Source of the DNA: Thermodesulfobacteriota bacterium
GTDB taxonomy: Bacteria; Desulfobacterota_D; UBA1144; Nemesobacterales; UBA2774
Length of the DNA: 34,878 nucleotides
NCBI GenBank assembly: GCA_965223335.1
Contig: CBDCWF010000001.1
Location: forward strand, 1-34,878
Direction of reading: 5' to 3'
Both the position numbers and the translations under genes were made by a program. Numbering within the stretch: the first letter of the stretch is position 1; the number at the start of each line of letters is the position of its first letter. Below are positions 8,034 to 17,446 of the stretch, in pieces. The notes below the pieces were generated by a model, which searched no databases, was not told the origin of the DNA, and worked only from the letters and a program-made list of their open reading frames with translations.

Positions 8034-9185
8034 ATGAGAGACGTTTATATATTAGGGGTAGGAACTACTGCTTGCGGCAGGTTCCCTGAGAAAGCCGCAC
8101 ACATACTGGGCCGAGAGGCTGCTTGGGCCGCGATCAAAGACGCGGGCATTCACCCGAGAAAGATCGAGATAGCATTTTGCGGCCATGTGTACCAGGGCAT
8201 GGGGGTAGGGCAGAGGACGCTCAAGGAAATAGGCCTAGTGGGTCAGCCGACTATAAACGTCGAGGGGGCCTGCGGAAGCGGGACGCTCTCATTTTGGGAG
8301 GCCTGGAGGACGATAGCCTTCGGCCAATACGATATAGCGCTAGCGCTGGGAATAGAAAACCTAAGCCGAATACTCTCAGGCGGGCCGCTCCCCTTAGAGG
8401 AAGACGACATAGAGGTCTCTTTGGGAATGGGTATGCCGGGTCTATATGCCATGAGGGCAAAACGTTATATGGACGAGTACGGCGTTACCAGCGAGCAGCT
8501 GGCCAAGGTTGTGGTTAAAAGCAGAAAACACGCATCCCTAAACCCCATAGCTCAGTACCGCAAAGAGGTTACCATTGAGGATGTGCTCGACTCACCCATG
8601 ATAGCCGACCCCTTGACCCGCAACATGTGCTGTCCAGTAGGCGACGCATCGGCGGCGGCTGTTTTGTGTTCGGCCGACCTTGTGGACAAGCTCGCGACCA
8701 AGACCCCGATAAAGGTGCTTGGCTGTGTGGCACAGTCGGGGAAGTACAGCAGCCCCACAGGTCTAACATGCGACCCTTCTGAGAACGTAATGAGAACATC
8801 CAAGATGGCTTACGAGGCGGCAGGGCTCGGTCCCGAGGACATGGATGTGGCCGAGATACACGATGCGTTTTCAATAGCCGAGATGATGGTGTACGAAGCA
8901 CTGGGTTTTTGCGAGAAAGGCGAGGGCGCCAAGCTCATAGAGGACGGCAGCACATGGGTTGGCGGAGGCGGAGTGGCTGTTAATCCGGGGGGAGGGCTTT
9001 TGTCCAGAGGTCACCCCGTAGGTGCAACAGGCCTTCTACAGACTGCAGAGATAGTGTGGCAGTTGCGCGGCGAGGCCGGCGAGCGTCAGTCCGAGGACGC
9101 CAAGGTTGGTATCATCGAGACGATGGGCGGCGCACAGCCCGCAATGGACGGCATCACCTGTGTTGTCAGCATATTGGGCAGATAA
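8034..9185 (+). CDS. SCP-x-type thiolase (acetyl-CoA acyltransferase family)
   Basis: EGACGSG retains the nucleophile Cys; EIHDAF; NPGGGLLSRGHPVGATG. Confidence 0.9.
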   Translation: MRDVYILGVGTTACGRFPEKAAHILGREAAWAAIKDAGIHPRKIEIAFCGHVYQGMGVGQRTLKEIGLVGQPTINVEGACGSGTLSFWEAWRTIAFGQYDIALALGIENLSRILSGGPLPLEEDDIEVSLGMGMPGLYAMRAKRYMDEYGVTSEQLAKVVVKSRKHASLNPIAQYRKEVTIEDVLDSPMIADPLTRNMCCPVGDASAAAVLCSADLVDKLATKTPIKVLGCVAQSGKYSSPTGLTCDPSENVMRTSKMAYEAAGLGPEDMDVAEIHDAFSIAEMMVYEALGFCEKGEGAKLIEDGSTWVGGGGVAVNPGGGLLSRGHPVGATGLLQTAEIVWQLRGEAGERQSEDAKVGIIETMGGAQPAMDGITCVVSILGR

Positions 9186-9223
9186 ACGAATTACCTAAAT
9201 CAAAAATTATAGATTTACAAAGG

Positions 9224-9268
9224 GGGTCGCTCAACCAAGCAAAAGGGTAGGGCGACCCTGTTTTTTTT
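9224..9268 (+). terminator. Intrinsic terminator
   Basis: GGGTCGC...GCGACCC followed by T8. Confidence 0.75.
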
Positions 9269-9290
9269 CGGTCGGTTAAATTACAAGGGT

Positions 9291-10061
9291 ATGGGTAATC
9301 TAAAAGAAACGGTTAAAAAGTTTGTGGAGCTCGCACTCGATTCCTCTAGCGCAGCCGCGCTAACCGGGGCGGGTATAAGCACCGAGTCGGGCATACCGGA
9401 CTACCGCTCTCCAGGCACGGGCCTTTGGGACAAGATGGACCAGTCGGTTGTTTCCCTAGACGGTTTTCTTAGAGAGCCCTCGCGTTACTATGACTTTGCA
9501 AAGGAACTTTATGAGATCAGGAGCTCAGCCAAACCCAACCCGGCGCATTACTTATTGGCCGACCTAGAACAAAGAGGGGTTTTAAAGGGCATTATAACTC
9601 AGAATGTCGACGGACTGCACCAGGATTCAGGATCTGGCACGGTATATGAGCTGCATGGCTCATTACGCCAGACCGTGTGTTTGAGCTGTAGCTCCCTGGA
9701 ATCGATGGATGATGCCATGAATAGGGCAATAAGCGGCGAAAATCCACCCCTATGTACCACTTGCGGGGGCATATTGAAGCCAAATGCGGTGTTTTTTGGT
9801 GAGATGTTACCACGAATACCGTGGGAGAGGGCGCTTGAGCTCTCAAGGCAGGCAGATCTATTCATAGCCATAGGCTCATCGCTCCAGGTTTCACCGGCAA
9901 ATACACTCCCCGACATTGCTCTCAAGGCCGGCGCGAAGCTCATTATATTGAATCTAATGCCTACCCCGTACGACTTAGAGGCCGAGCTTGTGGTCAGAGA
10001 GAAGATCGGCGAGTTTTCCACAGCTGTTGCACAGTATTTCGACCGGATACAAACATTATAA
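9291..10061 (+). CDS. cobB: Sir2-family NAD-dependent protein deacylase
   Basis: GAGISTESGIPDYRS, TQNVDGLH, HGS, CxxC...CxxC and GSSLQV. Confidence 0.95.
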   Translation: MGNLKETVKKFVELALDSSSAAALTGAGISTESGIPDYRSPGTGLWDKMDQSVVSLDGFLREPSRYYDFAKELYEIRSSAKPNPAHYLLADLEQRGVLKGIITQNVDGLHQDSGSGTVYELHGSLRQTVCLSCSSLESMDDAMNRAISGENPPLCTTCGGILKPNAVFFGEMLPRIPWERALELSRQADLFIAIGSSLQVSPANTLPDIALKAGAKLIILNLMPTPYDLEAELVVREKIGEFSTAVAQYFDRIQTL

Positions 10062-10146
10062 CCCTCTAAAATGACAAGATTTTCGACAAAATCTGCCGAA
10101 TTAAGCATTTTACTTAAAATTTTTTCGAAATCCTAAAAAAAACCTC

Positions 10147-10176
10147 TTGACAACCACCCCCAATTTTTGATATAAA
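10147..10176 (+). promoter_or_regulatory. Predicted sigma70 promoter for the ADC-like gene pair
   Basis: TTGACA-N18-TATAAA with an extended -10 TG. Confidence 0.55.
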
Positions 10177-10275
10177 TATGTGAAGATGGGGTGCGGAACT
10201 GTAGATCCCCTACGGTTCTCATCTGGGATTGATCACAATCCAGCTTTTAAAATTTATATAAGGAGGTTTGTATAT

Positions 10276-11247
10276 ATGCCAAGTCATCTTAATGTCCCCA
10301 CGAAGTATTGGGAACTCACCAAGGAGGTTCCACCTCCCCCAATAGAGAGAGACATAAATACATGGATCATAGCTAATCCTTCGGATCCGCTATGGGATAT
10401 CGATGTTATCCCTCTAACTTATACTGACAGCCGCTGGTCTGCTTTTGTTCTTAGAGTAGACGAGGCTACAAGGCAGCGTCTTTGCCCGAACCCACCTCTT
10501 ACGGTGTGGGATGGAGAGGATGCAGACCTAGTAGAGTATTGGTATGTTGAGCATAAGAATACGATGTTAGGGCCATACCTTGAGTTTGGTGTGACTATTT
10601 CTGCTACTTATAAAGATCCTAAGGGTAATGTTTATAAAGCAGGTTATTATCCATATATGTACCTAACCGGAGACGCCCCAGTTGACGCTGGTCGTGTTCT
10701 TGGTTTCCCGAAAAAGATGTCATACATCAGAATCACCACCCACGGTGGAGAGAAGGGAACTGATTTCTTCGGTTTTGCAATGTCTCGTAACGGATACCTG
10801 ATGCATAGCGCAACAGGTCAGTTCGATGACAAACAGGTAAAACCCCCATTCTTCTATGGTAAAACAGATTGGGGCAAGTTTAATATGAAAGTTGTTACAC
10901 GCCCGGACGTTTCAAGTTCCGAGTGGCAGCTTACATATATCGCCTCAGAGTTACCAGAAGCTTTCAACATTAAGGGCCATCGCTTCCAGATTAAGCCTGA
11001 GCATACACGTACAGCCTCAAGCGATGCCATTAACTGGTTCCAGCAGGCAACACCATTTGATAACATGGGTGCTGAGGTCAAGATTCAGGAAGTTACAGGT
11101 CTTATCTCTTTTGTATTTGACCTTGTTATTCCTGTGCCTTCGGTACTATGGACGGAGACCTATGAGCGTCCTGCTAGCTACAGAGGATATGCTACTCCGT
11201 ATAAATATGGACTGCGCCAACAGTTCCCAATTAGCCAGGGATCATAA
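10276..11247 (+). CDS. Acetoacetate decarboxylase-superfamily protein A (323 aa; start moved from 10180)
   Basis: GPYLEFGV and AGRVLGFPKK (Schiff-base Lys-Lys motif). AGGAGG lies just upstream of ATG 10276. Confidence 0.8.
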   Translation: MPSHLNVPTKYWELTKEVPPPPIERDINTWIIANPSDPLWDIDVIPLTYTDSRWSAFVLRVDEATRQRLCPNPPLTVWDGEDADLVEYWYVEHKNTMLGPYLEFGVTISATYKDPKGNVYKAGYYPYMYLTGDAPVDAGRVLGFPKKMSYIRITTHGGEKGTDFFGFAMSRNGYLMHSATGQFDDKQVKPPFFYGKTDWGKFNMKVVTRPDVSSSEWQLTYIASELPEAFNIKGHRFQIKPEHTRTASSDAINWFQQATPFDNMGAEVKIQEVTGLISFVFDLVIPVPSVLWTETYERPASYRGYATPYKYGLRQQFPISQGS

Positions 11248-11322
11248 TAGGCTGGACCGTATGTGAAAGTTGTTTTTTGTTAAAGCAAATGAAAAACGTA
11301 AAAAATTATAGGAGGTATTTCA

Positions 11323-12294
11323 ATGGGTTTACAGGCAAATGAATATAGCTATCCTTGGTTAGCTGAAGGCGAGGTTCCACCTCTACCATTAGATAGAGAT
11401 AGGATCCACATCATCAGTCAGGGCGTAGCTGACCCGGTTTTTGACTATGATATTGTACCCCTGACATACACAGAGAGCCGCTGGATGGCTTATGTTATCC
11501 GTGCTGACTTTGATGGTATGAAAGCGGTTGTTCCCAATCCTATCGAGGTTCAAGATGACGTAATCGAGTTCTGGTACGTTATTCACAGAAACACGATGCT
11601 TGGGCCATACATGGAAATGGGTGTAACATTCTCGGCTACAGTAGATTCCGGCGACGGACAGATCTACAAAGCTGGTTACTATCCTTACATGTATCTCTCG
11701 AACGACTCCCCGATTTTTGCAGGTAAAGAGCCGTTTGGTTTCCCCAAGAAAGCTGCCTATATCGCAGCATTCGAGCATGGGACAAACAACAACTACTTCA
11801 ACATGCTGATGGAGCGCCGCGGTTACATTCTACACACCGCTAACGGACGCTATTCCGACAAACCTCTGTCAACAAGGCCTACGTTCTATGGTAAAACAGA
11901 TTGGGGCCGCATGAATTATCGTATTACCACACACCCGGATGTAACGAAGAGTACCCACGAGGTTACCTATCTGCCATCCGAGTTGCCACCAGGATTTGGG
12001 ACGGGACACCGCTTCCAGCTGAACCCTGATAGCATCCGTACCGCTACAGGCGACGACATTCGTTCCTGGTACATGTCTGGCACACCGTTTGACTACATGG
12101 GCGGCCAGATACCGGCTACAGAGGTTGTAGGTCTTATCAGCTTTACCTTTAACCTCATAATTCCACCGGCTAAAACCATCTGGACCCATGTTCAGACTAG
12201 AACTGAAGCAGACTTTGGCCCACTCCTGTACGCGACACCGTTTAAGTACACAATGCGCCATCGCTTCCTGCTGCCACAGTACAGCCAGTGCTAA
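11323..12294 (+). CDS. Acetoacetate decarboxylase-superfamily protein B (323 aa), paralog of A
   Basis: GPYMEMGV and AGKEPFGFPKK. Shares NTMLGPY, YKAGYYPYMYL, FYGKTDWG and GHRFQ with A. Confidence 0.8.
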   Translation: MGLQANEYSYPWLAEGEVPPLPLDRDRIHIISQGVADPVFDYDIVPLTYTESRWMAYVIRADFDGMKAVVPNPIEVQDDVIEFWYVIHRNTMLGPYMEMGVTFSATVDSGDGQIYKAGYYPYMYLSNDSPIFAGKEPFGFPKKAAYIAAFEHGTNNNYFNMLMERRGYILHTANGRYSDKPLSTRPTFYGKTDWGRMNYRITTHPDVTKSTHEVTYLPSELPPGFGTGHRFQLNPDSIRTATGDDIRSWYMSGTPFDYMGGQIPATEVVGLISFTFNLIIPPAKTIWTHVQTRTEADFGPLLYATPFKYTMRHRFLLPQYSQC

Positions 12295-12335
12295 TGTAGC
12301 TTCTACAGAAAACGATATTTGTAGATTGAACATCG

Positions 12336-12375
12336 AGGCGAGACCCCTTAGAAATAAGGGGTCTCGCCTTTTTTT
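12336..12375 (+). terminator. Strong intrinsic terminator
   Basis: 15-bp perfect stem AGGCGAGACCCCTTA-GAAA-TAAGGGGTCTCGCCT plus a T run. Confidence 0.92.
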
Positions 12376-12610
12376 GTATGAGCGAGGCTTATATCTCGGA
12401 GAGAAATCTATCGAATAGGCCGTCCGTGTCATTGCTTCTTTTGCGAATTTGTTATATTCTCCTATATAAGGTTAGTGTGAGGGTTTGTTAAAAAACTATT
12501 AGCTACTAGAGACGCTATGGAGGGTGTATCCATCTGAATTTATTGAGTGAGGATAGGGGACGGGAGACGTTTGTCCGCTTGACCCTTATAGCGCCGATTT
12601 GGAGGTATAA

Positions 12611-13117
12611 ATGAATGAGAATAAAGAGCCTTTTAATCCGAAATATATACTGTCCAGGTTTGGAGATTACCTAATTGAGCTAGAGGAAAAGAAGGAGGGT
12701 GGAGAGCCTAGCTCATTACACGATCTATACCCGGAGACCTCGTTACCCTTTCCGGTGAATACGGTGCGTAGAGCAATAGCAGTGTTTCTTTTGGATAACA
12801 ACTACATTGGAGAAAAAAGAGTTGTTATAGAAAAGGTGTACATCGAGCTTAGCAAGTATATACCCGAAGAAGAGTATAACCTGATTGCGTCGTTGGAGAG
12901 AGACGGGCGTGTGTCGGACGGCACTATAGGGGGCGGGTGGCAGCTTGCCGAGAAGGTAAAAGAGATAGGCCGGAGAGTGGACGAGCGAAGAGGGTTTGCC
13001 CTCGAGGAACTGCGATCGCTAAGGCGCATTTCGGGTATAGAAGACGATCTGGAGGGCTTGATCCCCAAAGATAACCCAAGCTTTGAGAGCACAGACGCGT
13101 TCATAGCGCACAGTTGA
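12611..13117 (+). CDS. Hypothetical protein (168 aa)
   Basis: GGAGG RBS; charged, helical-looking sequence; no family recognised. Confidence 0.75.
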   Translation: MNENKEPFNPKYILSRFGDYLIELEEKKEGGEPSSLHDLYPETSLPFPVNTVRRAIAVFLLDNNYIGEKRVVIEKVYIELSKYIPEEEYNLIASLERDGRVSDGTIGGGWQLAEKVKEIGRRVDERRGFALEELRSLRRISGIEDDLEGLIPKDNPSFESTDAFIAHS

Positions 13118-14006
13118 GCGTGCGGAGATAGTTTGCAGGTTCCCACTTTAGCCCAACTTATAAAAAGCTTTTGAATGCTGTAAGCTAAGCGGGTGGACTC
13201 TATTATTTAATTCGGCAATTGGTCTACTTAAACCTAAGGTTTGTAATACTCTTGTTACGATTTTTAATTTTCGACATACCGATTTTCCCTCATTCCTACT
13301 CATACAGTTATCTTTATATGGCAATATTTAATTTACTATGAATCTGTGGTCAAAGTGCAAAACTCAGGCAAAGAAACAAAAGCTATCAGCTACTAAAACT
13401 ACTACAATATGCCAGCTCCTTGTAATAACTGCGTTATGCAGCCACGTTGCATATGGACTTGGGGACCTTACGATAAGGAGTATGGTCTCGGCGAGCTAAA
13501 ACCAGTTTTATGTAAAGCAAACCGACAGTCTTATGCACTGGAGCAAGAGGTAAATTCTGCCATGCTTACTGGGGTTAATTACATCTGGAAATGATGTGGC
13601 AAGCACACTTATATAGCAATCCTTATAATATAAATCGTACTGTCTCTTGAGCTTTCTGATTAGTTAGTGGTCAAAAGGGGAATTAGAATGCACACTATTG
13701 TGTAGGTTAATTACTAGATTTTATGTCAATTGAAAAATAGAGTAGTCCCACAGGATGTCAAACCAACCAAAGTATTTATAGCACTAAGTGGGATTGTATC
13801 GGGATATTATATGAATCCTTGGCTTCATTGTATTTCACAGTGTAGCAACCAGCAGTCTATGTGCAGATATACACGAGATTAATTCAATCTTGAAAAGAAA
13901 AGTAATTCTACTGGATATGTATTATCAGAATAATATTTTTGTCTATGTATTTATAGTACGAAGTGGCATAGCATCAGAACATTATGTTAATCTATCGTAT
14001 TATGAT

Positions 14007-14034
14007 AGTTAACATAATGTTTCTTATAAGACCA
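14007..14034 (-). other. dif-like XerC/XerD recombination site
   Basis: The minus strand reads TGGTCTTATAA-GAAACA-TTATGTTAACT, against E. coli dif GGTGCGCATAA-TGTATA-TTATGTTAAAT. The XerD arm matches 10/11. The site lies at the GC-skew switch. Confidence 0.75.
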
Positions 14035-14505
14035 TATAAAGCATGTAATTTCAATATGTTACAAGAATAGAATGAGAGCCCAATTTTATATCTTAATAAT
14101 TACAGCAGGTTATAAATATGCGTATGACAGTTTTGTCATGCCGTAAGTCGGATAAGTAAAGCGGGCCTACCGCAAGTAATTTTAGTTACAGGGGCGGATA
14201 TAGGGTATTAAGAGCAGTGATCTATTTATAGCTCAGTTTGGGTTTTAGAATAAGATCAGCAAGAGAGGTTCTAATACCGCTATTGCATTGTGTTTTAGTT
14301 ATTTTTTGATTAAAAAGTTTGTTGTTCCAGTTAGCTTTTTATAATTAAAAATAGTTTTTGAGTATAATGTTGTTGTTGTAAGTTAGATTTAGATTGATGC
14401 AATAGCGGCAATAGGATTTCCTCTATGGTACAGCTAAAACCAAATAAACCATCTGGTTCTACGAATATTTCTCAAAACCGTTCTTATTGACAAGGAGCCC
14501 TGCAG

Positions 14506-15954
14506 ATGCCGAACCCTCATATAGTCGCCAAAAACGAAACCCCCTTGCTTATAATCCCAAAAATGGCCAACCGCCACGGTCTTGTAGCCGGCGCTACAGG
14601 TACGGGAAAGACCGTCACCACACAGGTCCTGGCCGAGAACTTCAGCAGGATCGGCGTCCCCGTATTCATGGCCGATGTAAAGGGAGACCTCTCAGGAATA
14701 AGCCAGCCTGGAAAAGAACACCCGAAAATAACCGAACGCCTGAACACAATAGGCCTGTCCGATTTTGCTTTTTCCCCAAGCCCCGTGCGATTCTGGGATG
14801 TATTCGGCGAGCAAGGCCATCCCATCAGAACCACCGTCACCGAGATGGGACCTCTTCTACTCAGCCGCCTCCTTAACCTAAACGACACCCAGAGCGACAT
14901 CCTCTCCATAATATTCGAGATCGCCGACGAAGAAGGGCTTTTGCTCTTAGACCTTAAAGACCTCCGCTCAATCCTCCGCTATGTAGGCAACAACACGAAG
15001 CTTTTCGCCACCGAATACGGGCGCATTTCCACCGCCAGCATCGGAGCCATACAGCGCCGCCTAGTAGCACTTGAAACCCAGGGAGGAGAAATGTTCTTCG
15101 GTGAGCCCGCGCTCAACTTAGACGACCTATTCCAAACCGACGAGAATGGACACGGTATAATAAACATCCTCGCATCCGACAAATTGATGTTCTCCCCCAA
15201 GGTCTACGCCACCTTCCTGCTCTGGCTCCTATCCGAGCTCTTCGAGCAGCTCCCCGAAGCAGGCGATCCCCAGAAGCCCAAGCTCGTATTCTTCTTCGAC
15301 GAGGCACACCTGCTTTTCTACAAAGCCCCCCGCATTCTGCTCGAGAAAATAGAGCAGGTCGCACGCCTCATCCGCTCCAAAGGGGTCGGTGTGTACTTCA
15401 TTTCCCAAAGCCCCCTAGATATCCCCGACACCGTTCTCGGCCAGCTCGGCAACCGCATCCAGCATGCACTCCGCGCCTACACCCCCCGTGACCGCAAGAT
15501 CGTAAAAGCAGCCGCCCAGACATTTAGAACCAATCCCGATCTCGACACAGAAACGGTCCTCACACAGCTAGGCGTGGGCGAGGCGCTTATATCTTTCCTA
15601 AACGAAAGAGGTGCCCCTAACATCGTAGAACGTGCCCTCATACGCCCTCCCTACAGCCAAATAGGCCCTATCGACCCCACCCAACGAGAGCACATTATCC
15701 GCCGCTCCGACCTCTGGGGTTATTATGAAAAAACCCAAGACCCCGAGTCCGCCTACGAGATCCTAAAAGACCGCGCCGCCAAGCGTGCCGAAGAGGCCTC
15801 ACGCACAGCCGCCAAGTCCAAATCCAAACCCAAGAAAAGGCAGCGTCAGGGCATAGTAGAGACCATGGCCAAGAGCATGGCGCGACAGATCGGAAGCCAC
15901 ATAGGCCGCCAGATCGTACGAGGAGTCCTGGGCTCAATCCTAGGCAAAAAATAG
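14506..15954 (+). CDS. yjgR: YjgR/DUF853 HerA-like P-loop ATPase
   Basis: [48 protein letters not shown] and [12 protein letters not shown]. Confidence 0.92.
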   Translation: MPNPHIVAKNETPLLIIPKMANRHGLVAGATGTGKTVTTQVLAENFSRIGVPVFMADVKGDLSGISQPGKEHPKITERLNTIGLSDFAFSPSPVRFWDVFGEQGHPIRTTVTEMGPLLLSRLLNLNDTQSDILSIIFEIADEEGLLLLDLKDLRSILRYVGNNTKLFATEYGRISTASIGAIQRRLVALETQGGEMFFGEPALNLDDLFQTDENGHGIINILASDKLMFSPKVYATFLLWLLSELFEQLPEAGDPQKPKLVFFFDEAHLLFYKAPRILLEKIEQVARLIRSKGVGVYFISQSPLDIPDTVLGQLGNRIQHALRAYTPRDRKIVKAAAQTFRTNPDLDTETVLTQLGVGEALISFLNERGAPNIVERALIRPPYSQIGPIDPTQREHIIRRSDLWGYYEKTQDPESAYEILKDRAAKRAEEASRTAAKSKSKPKKRQRQGIVETMAKSMARQIGSHIGRQIVRGVLGSILGKK

Positions 15955-16321
15955 CCCAGCCCCACTACTTCAACCTACACAGTAGCCTAGCTCATGCACT
16001 TAAAGCAGCACCAGAGATATGCGCCCTAAGTCCCGTTAGCACTCGCCCCACGTAGCCTCCGATTTTACCCCCTCATATCGGGCAATTAATGCCAAGATTT
16101 AAACCTTACTTTAAGCAGATGTGGAAAGAGATGCAGAATTTGAGAACCTACATTAACTCCTGTGGAATTCTGCCGCCCACCCAGCCCAACCCCTCCTCGC
16201 AACCACCTGCCACTGCACAAATAAATTACAAACCACCCCTAAAAAATATCGTTAGACTTTTAATGTGTTTTAAGATACTCTCAATGATACCCACACCAAA
16301 AACCGCAAGGAGGCAACATTA

Positions 16322-16879
16322 ATGAGGTACTTAACATTACTTACATTCGCAATTTCAATGATTTTCGCCCTAACCATCGCACCACAGGCAGAAGAGTCCC
16401 AAGAGCACAAAATGCCCCCGCCCTACGAAGGTTCCAAAGAGCTACAGCAGATGAAGCAGCTCGCAGGCACATGGACCGGCACACACAAAATGGGAGATAT
16501 GGATCACGAGATCCAAGTAACCTACGAAACCACCGCCAACGGAAGTGCGGTAATCGAAAAATCTTTCCCCGGCACCTCTCACGAGATGGTCTCAGTATAC
16601 TACGACGATGCCGATACCATGACAATGGTCCACTATTGCGCGCTCAACAACCAGCCCAAAATGGCCGTGGCCAATTCGGCCGACGGCAAGATCGACCTAA
16701 AATTCAAAGACGGCTCCAACATAGACCCCGAAAAAACTCCTCACATGCACGACCTAAGCATTACGTTTAAGGACGACAACACTGTTGTTCAGGAATGGAC
16801 TATGTACGGCGACGGCAAAGAGGCAGGTTCAACCGTGATCACCCTCACCAGAGCCCCCGAAGAGCAAACAAAACAATAG
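16322..16879 (+). CDS. Secreted hypothetical protein, probably beta-rich
   Basis: Signal peptide; LAGTWTG and HYCALNNQP motifs; AGGAGG RBS. Confidence 0.8.
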   Translation: MRYLTLLTFAISMIFALTIAPQAEESQEHKMPPPYEGSKELQQMKQLAGTWTGTHKMGDMDHEIQVTYETTANGSAVIEKSFPGTSHEMVSVYYDDADTMTMVHYCALNNQPKMAVANSADGKIDLKFKDGSNIDPEKTPHMHDLSITFKDDNTVVQEWTMYGDGKEAGSTVITLTRAPEEQTKQ

Positions 16880-16889
16880 TATTTATCTA

Positions 16890-16913
16890 GGGGCGGAAAT
16901 AGCTTTCCGCCCC
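16890..16913 (+). terminator. Stem-loop between the secreted-protein gene and bcp
   Basis: GGGGCGGAAA-tagc-TTTCCGCCCC; no U tract. Confidence 0.55.
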
Positions 16914-16980
16914 AACCCGAGCTTCCGCAACACAAAAAACCTGCTATACTCAAACCCTAAAAACCAGCGAGGATAACCAT

Positions 16981-17442
16981 ATGTCCGACACACTTACAAT
17001 CGGCGACAAAGCCCCTGAGATCACAGCCGAGACCTATAACGGCGACACCATCAAATTAAGCGATTATAAAGACAAAAAGGCCGTAGCGCTCTACTTCTAC
17101 CCCAAAGACAACACCCCCACCTGTACCAAACAGGCCTGCTCCATGCGTGACGGCCACCCAGGGCTCGAAAAAGCCGGCATACAGGTACTCGGTGTCAGCA
17201 CAGACGGTGTCAAAGCACACGAGAACTTCAGAAACAAATACGACCTCAATTTCCCCCTACTAAGCGATAAATCCAAAGAGATAATAAAGGCCTATGGCGT
17301 TAAAAGCTTGGTTGGGTCCGCCCGCCGCGTAACCTTCCTCATAGATAAATCCGGCGAGATACGCCACATATGGACCAAGGTAAAGGCGACCGAACACGCC
17401 CAAGAGGTACTAGATAAAGCAAAAGAGCTCGGGATCAGCTAG
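16981..17442 (+). CDS. bcp: Peroxiredoxin BCP/PrxQ
   Basis: FYPKDNTPTCTKQAC (PxxxTxxC plus a resolving Cys), GVSTD and RVTFLID. Confidence 0.93.
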   Translation: MSDTLTIGDKAPEITAETYNGDTIKLSDYKDKKAVALYFYPKDNTPTCTKQACSMRDGHPGLEKAGIQVLGVSTDGVKAHENFRNKYDLNFPLLSDKSKEIIKAYGVKSLVGSARRVTFLIDKSGEIRHIWTKVKATEHAQEVLDKAKELGIS

Positions 17443-17446
17443 ACAA

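Larger units (their letters stand above)
1..12061. repeat. Copy 1 of the 12-kb duplicated segment (unit period 22,817 bp)
   Basis: Position 1 'aaactcacccataatctcgc' matches position 22,821. The ORF track from 903 onward recurs at exactly +22,817 with identical translations. The window end (34,878) maps to 12,061. Confidence 0.98.

Noticed and set aside
12500..12610. Possible riboswitch in the leader of the 168-aa gene
   Set aside because: Only short, weak pairings (CGCTAT/ATAGCG) and no recognisable aptamer consensus.
13409..13594. 61-aa Cys-containing ORF in the AT-rich gap
   Set aside because: No clear RBS and no recognisable family; probably a chance ORF or a decayed remnant.
9291..15954. 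Sir2-HerA antiphage defence system
   Set aside because: The sirtuin is a canonical Zn-binding CobB-type deacylase and the ATPase is a YjgR/DUF853 type. They are 4.4 kb apart in separate transcription units.
16089..16322. 77-aa Pro/Gln-rich ORF
   Set aside because: No RBS; it spans the likely promoter of the next gene, and its composition reflects local C skew.
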